Source: a virus (taxonomy: Duplodnaviria; Caudoviricetes). From it: a stretch of DNA of 59,283 bases. The stretch is from the IMG/VR virus record IMGVR_UViG_3300025118_000014, positions 1 through 59,283 of that record; one strand, written 5' to 3'. This document shows positions 1-6,815 of the stretch, piece by piece. Positions within the stretch are counted from its first letter, which is position 1. Every line of letters begins with the position of its first letter. The notes beneath the pieces were generated by a model. The model made no database searches. It was not told where the DNA came from and saw only the letters and a list, made by a program, of their open reading frames with translations. Both the position numbers and the translations under genes were made by a program.

Positions 1-20
1 TCCCATCCGCTCACACCTCT

Positions 21-56
21 ATAGTAATCGTTTGACGGGGGATCGCCAGTACTTTC
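21..56 (-). promoter_or_regulatory. Leftward sigma70-type early promoter firing off the window edge
   Basis: Minus strand reads GAAAGTAC-TGGCGA-N16-TACTAT with GATC at the -35/spacer junction; layout nearly identical to the plus-strand element at 2241-2276. Confidence 0.5.
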
Positions 57-205
57 GACGCGATCGCGATCATTTCTTTTCTATTCGATGGACGTGTCTG
101 CGATCCCCAAAAAAAATAAAGAAAACACTAACATTCAGACGATCCGGCACCGATAATACTTGTGTAGCCGGGAACACTAACCAACTACCCGGCATTGGAG
201 CCAAT

Positions 206-676
206 ATGAGCAAGACACACAACACCGACAGCAAAACCGCGAAACTAGCCTATGATGTAATTTGGGAGATCGCACGGTTTCACGATCCGCGCCAAAACTG
301 GTCAGGCCAGGAGATGACAGCGCACGAGTCCGCTATCCGTAGAGAAGCACGAACACGCAATGGATGGACTTCTAAAGAGATTAATATTGTATCCAAGGTC
401 TGGATCATGGAGATCTTCGTTCAATACAGCGCCCGCACAAAACAGGATGTGTACAGTCTAGCGGTCTGGAGTCCGGCGTTTCAGCAACTCGCTTTCAGTT
501 GTTCACGGGTCGCACACGATATCGAGCGCGCGAAGGCGACCATTAAGCGCAATAAAGACAGCGATAACCCCTATGATCAACGACGCGTGAAGGAAGCTAA
601 GGAGTTGATCGCCCGTCACCGAAAGCTAGTGCGACGCGTAAAGGCTACAATCAAGGCGTGTTACATCGAACGATAG
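206..676 (+). CDS. Hypothetical early protein (156 aa, basic helical C-terminus)
   Basis: ORF 32..676 restarted at ATG 206, which follows GGAG at 197-200; no family recognised. Confidence 0.75.
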   Translation: MSKTHNTDSKTAKLAYDVIWEIARFHDPRQNWSGQEMTAHESAIRREARTRNGWTSKEINIVSKVWIMEIFVQYSARTKQDVYSLAVWSPAFQQLAFSCSRVAHDIERAKATIKRNKDSDNPYDQRRVKEAKELIARHRKLVRRVKATIKACYIER

Positions 677-760
677 ACCATAGCCGGATAGTTGCTCTTT
701 GGTTGCCCTATAGCGCGTCTATAGGTCAACAATGGACTAACTAACCAAACGAGGTAGAAC

Positions 761-1009
761 ATGAACAATCCAATTCAACCAACAACCGAACAGCGATCAA
801 CCCTCATGAAGTACGGGTTTACACCTAGTAACTTTGGTGACCATGTCGACTCAAACGGGCACCGTGCATATCGATCGGATCGTTGTGGTCGGGTGTTGTT
901 CATCCAGATCATACATTGTAACTATACCGGCCGTCCCACTCACAGCCAGACACAATACTTCGCTTCATGGGACGACATGATCGCAGTCTGTATCGTCGGT
1001 GTGAAATAG
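761..1009 (+). CDS. Hypothetical early protein (82 aa)
   Basis: ATG preceded by GAGGT; same operon orientation as neighbours. Confidence 0.75.
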   Translation: MNNPIQPTTEQRSTLMKYGFTPSNFGDHVDSNGHRAYRSDRCGRVLFIQIIHCNYTGRPTHSQTQYFASWDDMIAVCIVGVK

Positions 1010-1078
1010 CCTGTATTGATTTTCGGCGGCCCTGTAGCGCGTCTACAGGTCCGTAGTGAACCAATAGAGGTAAAGACC

Positions 1079-1207
1079 ATGATCACTAAACTATCAATAC
1101 ACTACAGAACAGCGCACGTCACGATCGACGGCGTCAACTACCGGATCGAGTTCCCTTCTATGTCTGAAGCATACGCCTACGCGGACGCGAACGGGGGTCA
1201 ACGATGA
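1079..1207 (+). CDS. Small hypothetical early protein (42 aa)
   Basis: ORF 1016..1207 restarted at ATG 1079 after GAGGT; ATGA overlap with the next gene. Confidence 0.65.
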   Translation: MITKLSIHYRTAHVTIDGVNYRIEFPSMSEAYAYADANGGQR

Positions 1208-1575
1208 GGATCTACATCACACCGAATCAGAAGATCACCGCACCTCTGTTAGAAGTGCTACCCGCCTATGAATTGGAGCGGGATAGCGAGCCTAGCGATC
1301 CCGAATCGTTGACGGGTGAGGGCTGGCGTTATGCGCAGTATGAACGAACCGGGTATCGGGTGCTTGTCAACGTCAATAGTTGGACGCGGCGCTATTCCAA
1401 AGGATGGAATTGCTATGTTTTCACGGTACAGGTTCGTGAGGTCGAGACCGTACCCAATGAGGCGTGCACGGGTGTGTGTGCCGACCTGGGAGCGCCCGCA
1501 CAAAACATGATCGTCCGTGAAGAATACCTGAAGTGTATCGATCACGCGCACGCGATCATGAACTGGAGGAATTAG
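1204..1575 (+). CDS. Hypothetical early protein (123 aa)
   Basis: ATGA start/stop coupling with the upstream gene. Confidence 0.7.
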   Translation: MRIYITPNQKITAPLLEVLPAYELERDSEPSDPESLTGEGWRYAQYERTGYRVLVNVNSWTRRYSKGWNCYVFTVQVREVETVPNEACTGVCADLGAPAQNMIVREEYLKCIDHAHAIMNWRN

Positions 1576-1706
1576 CGAAAAGTACAGTTTCCAAGGTGAT
1601 AAGTGTCCTAGCTCGATCCGAGTACTAGGACAAGGGTGTACCCATGAAATAGCGTGACAGGGCCAATAAGGCGCCCACACGCGGTGTACGGGTTTAGTGT
1701 AAGGCA

Positions 1707-1716
1707 AGGGTATAAC
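1707..1716 (+). promoter_or_regulatory. AGGGTATAAC late-type promoter motif, the only plus-strand copy seen
   Basis: Exact match to the motif found upstream of most minus-strand structural genes. Confidence 0.5.
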
Positions 1717-1860
1717 TGAAACACAGGGAGGAGAGTTGACACAAGAACTGGGCAAAAAGGGGGCCGTCGATCAGGATGGCCGCGATCGCGGATGTCAAAA
1801 GATCGTTAAGTGCTTGACGCGCGGGAATGGAGCGACTAGCGGCCCGACCCAAGGGGGCAT

Positions 1861-1877
1861 TGCAATTCTCGTGCCAA
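1861..1877 (-). promoter_or_regulatory. Sigma54 (-24/-12) promoter
   Basis: Minus strand TTGGCACG-AGAA-TTGCA matches the consensus YTGGCACGRNNNTTGCW exactly; lies in non-coding DNA. Confidence 0.65.
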
Positions 1878-2240
1878 GACTTTACATGAAGGGATCGTCA
1901 TGTCAAATCTGAGGGGAGATCCCACGATTTTACTTGACACGCTTAGAGCCCGCTCACGAGGCGCGTATTTTGAAGGGGTCCATAGCCGGATAGTTGGCCA
2001 GGACCGCTACAAAGGGCACCTGACGGGCTCCAAATGGGCGCACCGGCTGATAATGACGGTCCAACCGACGGAATGGGGCACCGTATCAGAAATGAGAGGG
2101 GGGGGTCAGAAATGAGTCACCCCCATTTCACGACTTTTGGGGTAAGCCTCTATAAATTGTGCATAAATCTCAAGTAAGATAAATCTCGATGGCTCACACA
2201 AAACAAACTTCAACACAAAATCTCACACAAAAAAGTTTGA

Positions 2241-2276
2241 GAAAGTTGTGGCGGAATGATCTCAAACGACTATTAT
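2241..2276 (+). promoter_or_regulatory. Rightward early-type promoter, convergent with the promoter at 2456-2483
   Basis: GAAAGTTG-TGGCGG-N16-TATTAT with GATC in the spacer; homologous to the element at 21-56. Confidence 0.5.
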
Positions 2277-2282
2277 ATTAGT

Positions 2283-2449
2283 ACCGGGCGACACACCGGA
2301 GGAACAAAGTGTAGGAAGGGTCATGGCTGGGGGAGATCCGTCTAAAGACCCTGTGCTCACGCCGCTGCGCTAGGGCTGGTTCTGGGTGAGAACAGACTAC
2401 CCCGACCACATGGGCCGACTGGGTGATTGACCAGGGTTCCCCTTCCCTT
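2283..2449. ncRNA. Putative structured small RNA or sense-antisense pair
   Basis: Bounded by convergent promoters and an 18-bp inverted repeat with one mismatch (2266-2283/2449-2466); terminal stem 2313-2320 with 2440-2447 plus internal hairpins; no convincing long ORF. Confidence 0.45.
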
Positions 2450-2455
2450 ACTAAT

Positions 2456-2483
2456 ATAATACTCGTCCTGGAACGGAAGTCCA
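2456..2483 (-). promoter_or_regulatory. Early sigma70-type promoter
   Basis: TGGACT-N16-TATTAT; flanked by the same CTTTCTTAGGAAAGATCCT context seen at 9540-9558. Confidence 0.55.
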
Positions 2484-2491
2484 GTACTTTC

Positions 2492-2665
2492 TTAGGAAAG
2501 ATCCTCCAGGGTGATCTCCATGAAGAATGCCTCCGCTTCCTCAAGGGTGTCGAACCGCTCAGCACACGGCTCCACAGTCGCGATGGACTGCACGATGAAG
2601 AAGTCCCACATCGTCTTGATGAGGGTTTTGCGGTCTGATGAGATGCGAATAGTTGTCGGTGTCAT
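2492..2665 (-). CDS. Small early protein, paralog of 9545..9739
   Basis: MTPTTIRISSDRKTLIKT...ERFDTLEEAEAFFMEITLEDLS aligns by eye with the 9545..9739 product; GGAG RBS. Confidence 0.8.
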   Translation of the reverse strand: MTPTTIRISSDRKTLIKTMWDFFIVQSIATVEPCAERFDTLEEAEAFFMEITLEDLS

Positions 2666-2698
2666 TGTCGATACTCCATGTTGTTTGGCTATGTACAC

Positions 2699-2727
2699 AA
2701 GGTAGGCGCTGACAGGATCCCCGTCAA
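2699..2727 (-). promoter_or_regulatory. Early promoter with GATC in the spacer
   Basis: TTGACG-N17(GGGATCC...)-TACCTT. Confidence 0.65.
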
Positions 2728-2736
2728 GAACTAAAT

Positions 2737-2770
2737 GAAAAAGGGGATCGCCCTCAGTAGACGATCCCCC
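2737..2770 (-). terminator. Intrinsic terminator after the TerS-like gene
   Basis: GGGGATCG/CGATCCCC stem followed by a U-tract on the minus strand. Confidence 0.65.
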
Positions 2771-2852
2771 AGTTCTGGAAGTGAATCTCAATTCGATTTT
2801 GCTTTTGAAACGAATTCCTGTAGAATTGACCCCACCGGACCCCCACCCCCTA

Positions 2853-3767
2853 TTAGCCTAGCTCGTCCATCAAACGCTTGCGCTCGGCTTCAACTTCGAT
2901 GTCGTGCTGCTTGGCCTGCTCACGCTGGTCCCACAGGGCCTGGATAATCGTGTTGATGTCCTTCGTGTCCTTACGCAGGGCCACAAGTAGATCCGATTCC
3001 TGTTCCCGCGCGAACCTGACGCGAACCGACTCAACCCCACGGGCCTTTCCACCCTCGTCAAAGGAGAAGCCATACAGTTCCTGGGACATCACCATGAAGT
3101 TCTGGAGATCCTTCGGACTGATCTTCATGCTGCCGTCTTTCAACCCTTCTACACCACGGCCGATGACTGCACGGGTGATCTTCTTCTGCTCTTCCAGCAG
3201 CCTCTTACGCTCGTCTACCGTGTTCGTAGCCGCAACCTCGGTCTCAACGTCGTTGATGGCCTGTGCTACCGCCTGCACGACAGGAGACTCGTCCTCTACC
3301 GGAGCGATCCTCGGACGTGACACAGCCTCCAGGGCCGGATTTAATTTCTGGAAGGATGCGATTGGATCAAACCGCATGGCCCGTGAGACCGCGCGCAGCT
3401 CAACATGAGTCATTTCTGATACACACCTACTACAATACGCTTTGAACGCTCTTCGGTCAGCTTGCGACTTTTCCCTGTTAATCCTAGTTTGCCAATCCTG
3501 AGCTTTAGCCAGTTTCCTAGCCCAGAAGTCGCTCTTGCTTACTGCCTCCGCACACTTACGGTATGATCGACTCTTCGACTTCATCATAGCATACAGCAAA
3601 AAAGCCTTGTATTCAAGCGGACTTTCGGTGTCTCGCTTCTCGAAATGCTGTGTGTCCGGAACGTACGACGCATCGTGGTTTTCGGATCTCGTGATCTCGT
3701 TTTTGTCCTTCCCCACATATTCATTGGGGATTCTCTGCTTAGTATCTGGAGTATTGTCGTCTTTCAT
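2853..3767 (-). CDS. Terminase small subunit-like HTH protein
   Basis: ES..YKAF..Y....RSYRK.A..VSKS......W..R HTH pattern typical of phage TerS-like proteins, followed by coiled coil; start moved to ATG 3767 (AGGA RBS); late-like motif AGGGGTATATT at ~3827-3837. Confidence 0.55.
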   Translation of the reverse strand: MKDDNTPDTKQRIPNEYVGKDKNEITRSENHDASYVPDTQHFEKRDTESPLEYKAFLLYAMMKSKSRSYRKCAEAVSKSDFWARKLAKAQDWQTRINREKSQADRRAFKAYCSRCVSEMTHVELRAVSRAMRFDPIASFQKLNPALEAVSRPRIAPVEDESPVVQAVAQAINDVETEVAATNTVDERKRLLEEQKKITRAVIGRGVEGLKDGSMKISPKDLQNFMVMSQELYGFSFDEGGKARGVESVRVRFAREQESDLLVALRKDTKDINTIIQALWDQREQAKQHDIEVEAERKRLMDELG

Positions 3768-3794
3768 AGCGGGCTTTCCTAAAATCAAAATCAG

Positions 3795-4518
3795 AAACTG
3801 CGAGTATCACTGTATCCTGTACCTATAATATACCCCTGAGAGTCCCTTAAACGCACCACCACGCAGTGTTTTAGAGTCCATTGAGTATCGAATCGCACTA
3901 GCCCCACGGACAGCACCACGGGGCCTATTAGGAGCTTTGCTTCTAGCGTGTCCCGCACGAGCGGCAGAACCTAAAGTAAATCCCTAACTTGGAATCGAAT
4001 TCCGAAACATCTTTCTCTTTTAGTCACTAGGTGCGATTAGTCAAGAAAATAAATGTTCCGTGCTCGCACTAAAAACGAAAAAAACAGTTTTCCTTGAGGC
4101 CAACTTCTCCTTGTTGCTATTGAGGCATCGAATGCAATAGGGGGAATTGAGCCGAAAGGGAAACCCCGTATAAGATTATATACCTTTAGGTATATACCTT
4201 ATACTCCTATGTTCTTCCGCTAGTGGTTCCCAGGTTGAACCTGGGGTATGCGCAAAGTAATATCGATGGAGCGTTTTGGGGGTCAAAAAATAAGTGGACG
4301 ATAATGCACTTTCTTCCGTTTATTTCTGTCTTTACGAATTACAATGAGGATGCAGTTTCTAACTGGACTTTCGCCTGAAATGGCCCCTTTTCGCCTATTT
4401 CACAATGAGGATGTGCTTTGAAACTGCCATATCGCGTTATTGGTGCGAGCCCTCGCAGTTGATGAAAGTCCAGGTTCTATCGTCACGCACTCTAACGATA
4501 CAAAGCCGAATATGAGCC
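3795..4518. ncRNA. Large structured non-coding region (ncRNA or replication origin)
   Basis: About 730 nt with no ORF in the track; many stems (4087-4164, 4169-4203, 4229-4245, 4352-4359/4420-4427, 4363-4372/4464-4473) and an imperfect direct repeat at 4341/4402. Confidence 0.4.
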
Positions 4519-5094
4519 TCAAGATTTCAACGGCTCTGGGTCACCTTGATCAACATTCATGCACATTGGATCATCCCAGTGCGCCATGATAGCCTCCCTC
4601 TCTGAGCCATAGCCGGATAGTACTTCGAACAACAAGCTCTCGCCGTTATAGTGCTTTCTAACGTTTGGGTTCTTGTGCGTTCCTGCCTTCGCGGTAGCCT
4701 TGTGGTTAGTCACCCTGTACTGCAAACAGTCGGTCTTCCCTATGTAGTAGCGTTCTCCCATCCAGAACCTGTATAGAAGGACATCGTGGGATAGTTTCTT
4801 CCTGCTCTCTGCTCTCCTTTCCCTAGCCTTTTTGCGCAGTTCTTCCTTGTTCTTCTCGTAGTATTCCTGACCGTACAAAATGTCCTTCTCACGGTTTCGG
4901 TTCTTTGATTTGTGGTCGAGCCTAGCCCCTCTTTCCTCTTTGGTCTCGTTCTTTATTCTATCGCTGGCGTACTTGCGAGCGCATGCCTTGCATCCGTTCT
5001 TTGTGTAGTACTTGCCCCTCTTTTTGCAGAACGACCCCGAGAACTCCGACAGTACTTTTGTTTCGCCACACTTAACGCACTTCTTTTCTTCCAT
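4519..5094 (-). CDS. Zinc-finger GIY-YIG endonuclease (homing endonuclease-like)
   Basis: N-terminal CxxC...CxxC (KKCVKCGETK...CKAC), basic linker, C-terminal LLY-x8-YIGKT...R...H GIY-YIG core; own GGGTATAAC motif at 5124-5132. Confidence 0.75.
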   Translation of the reverse strand: MEEKKCVKCGETKVLSEFSGSFCKKRGKYYTKNGCKACARKYASDRIKNETKEERGARLDHKSKNRNREKDILYGQEYYEKNKEELRKKARERRAESRKKLSHDVLLYRFWMGERYYIGKTDCLQYRVTNHKATAKAGTHKNPNVRKHYNGESLLFEVLSGYGSEREAIMAHWDDPMCMNVDQGDPEPLKS

Positions 5095-5166
5095 TGTAAA
5101 GTCTCCTATATGATTACAATAGAGTTATACCCTTGTGCTGCCAGACCTACAACGTCGGAGGTCTAT

Positions 5167-6771
5167 CTATTTCCTAAGTTTATTTAGGATTCCCCTCATC
5201 TGCTCCATTGAAACTGACCTTCCGACGATGTCACCATACGCTTCCTGGTACGCTTTCTTGCGCGATTGGAATTGCTTATTGAATACGGCCCCGTTGTCTA
5301 CCATGTCAATCATAAGCGGGGTTTCAGCGCCAGCGTTACGCGATAGGCGACCGATTCTCTGGGCAGCCAGACCGCCGAAACGCCCTGCGCTTGCGAGGAT
5401 CAGCAGGTCTAGGTTCGCTATGTCCGTTCCTTCATTCATGATGTTGGCGGAAACTACAACTTGAGCAGAGCCAAACCTCATCGAGTTAAGAATGCGCTCT
5501 CTATCTTTCTTCTTTGTCTTGCCAGTCAACGCGAACGCCTTAATTCCCACGAGAGTCAGCATATCAACGAGGCTCTCACACGATTCGTTTCGACTAATTA
5601 GAACACACACCTTTCTACCAGCAGCAGCGCCACGCACTGCCAAGTCAGCGATGTCTGCAAGCCTACGCTCGTCAGCCATTAGGTCAGTTTCTAGGCGGCT
5701 AAAGTTCAAACCGGCAGGCTTTCTACTGCACATGCTTGTGAGTCTACACTTACACTTGCGGCACCTTGTCATGCCCTCCTCGATATGCGGCCAGGATAGC
5801 TTGTTACGGTAGGTTCCGCAGTTAGTACACCTCACGTTGTGAAACGAGTGTCGGTCGCTGTCTATGCCGTATTGCGTCCTTACTGGCAACACGTTGGGCC
5901 TACGCAAGTATCCCTGTTCAACCAAGTCAATGCTCGTAACCCGGTAAAAGATCTCCCCGATGGTTGAATTTACAACGAACGACATGCCGTCTGCTCGCTC
6001 AGGTGTAGCAGTGAATCCGATTCTGTACCTTGCAGGCACCTTATTGATGACCTTCAACCAAGTCTCCGATGCAGCGTGATGGCACTCGTCTACAAGGCAG
6101 GCACCAGCGGACAGCATTACGTTCTTGTACTTGGCAGTGTCCCTGGACAGCGTTTGAATGGTAGCCACGCATATCTCTCCAGGGGCCAGGGGGCTTAGGT
6201 CTTTCTTGCCCTTGCCTCCCAGCACCCTGATTTTCGCCTTGCCCTTGGATAGCCACACAAAGCACTCCACCCACTGTGTCAGGAGGTCCATGGAATGGGT
6301 CAATACCAAGGTCGACTGCCCTGAATTGAGCGAGAACGCAACTCCAGTTGTCGTTTTACCTGCACCACATCCCGCTACCATGATCCCACGCTTGCGCTTG
6401 AACATCAGGTCGATTGCGTCTAGCTGGTAGTCCCGGACCTTTGCCCCTAATTCGTCGAACGCCATACCATCCGATCTGTTCTGCTGCGTGTTCTGCACCC
6501 ACTCGATCTGTACGTAGTTCTTCTTTGCTATCCGCAGCACTGTAGAGAACTCCCCTGACGGTACAGTAAACGTACTCGCAGCGTCGGTGTACAACTTGTA
6601 GAACTGCTTAACGCCCTTAGCAGGCCGACGTCCTTTCGACTTGGCTGCATGGTATCTAGGGTCTGACTTGGTCAGTGCGGCTCGGAGATCTCCGATGAAC
6701 TTTGATGTCCTGGAACTCTTCTCCTTCCTGAATCTAATGGCCGAACCGACGTACGCTTTAATGGTGTGCAT
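5167..6771 (-). CDS. SF2 DEAD/DEAH-like helicase (ResIII/UvsW-like) with a Zn-finger insertion
   Basis: Q motif RDYQ, Walker A GCGAGKT, DECHH, TATP, QRIGR; CTNC...CRKC insert; start moved to ATG 6771 (GGAG RBS). Confidence 0.9.
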   Translation of the reverse strand: MHTIKAYVGSAIRFRKEKSSRTSKFIGDLRAALTKSDPRYHAAKSKGRRPAKGVKQFYKLYTDAASTFTVPSGEFSTVLRIAKKNYVQIEWVQNTQQNRSDGMAFDELGAKVRDYQLDAIDLMFKRKRGIMVAGCGAGKTTTGVAFSLNSGQSTLVLTHSMDLLTQWVECFVWLSKGKAKIRVLGGKGKKDLSPLAPGEICVATIQTLSRDTAKYKNVMLSAGACLVDECHHAASETWLKVINKVPARYRIGFTATPERADGMSFVVNSTIGEIFYRVTSIDLVEQGYLRRPNVLPVRTQYGIDSDRHSFHNVRCTNCGTYRNKLSWPHIEEGMTRCRKCKCRLTSMCSRKPAGLNFSRLETDLMADERRLADIADLAVRGAAAGRKVCVLISRNESCESLVDMLTLVGIKAFALTGKTKKKDRERILNSMRFGSAQVVVSANIMNEGTDIANLDLLILASAGRFGGLAAQRIGRLSRNAGAETPLMIDMVDNGAVFNKQFQSRKKAYQEAYGDIVGRSVSMEQMRGILNKLRK

Positions 6772-6815
6772 GGCGTCTCCTATGTACATTATACCCCCCT
6801 ATTTGACCAACGATC

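Noticed and set aside
1736-2115. Plus-strand ORFs 1736..1912 and 1900..2115
   Set aside because: They overlap dense regulatory motifs and have no protein-like features; treated as non-coding, although the TTG at 1736 does follow GGAGG.
2330-2376. tRNA-like segment on the minus strand (TAGCGCAGCGG...AGCAC, D-arm-like)
   Set aside because: No paired anticodon stem, no TTCGA T-loop and no acceptor stem.
3789-5166. Group I intron carrying the GIY-YIG endonuclease
   Set aside because: Flanking genes look complete with their own starts, stops and promoters, and I could not find the P7 R/S core sequences. An Infernal scan would be decisive.
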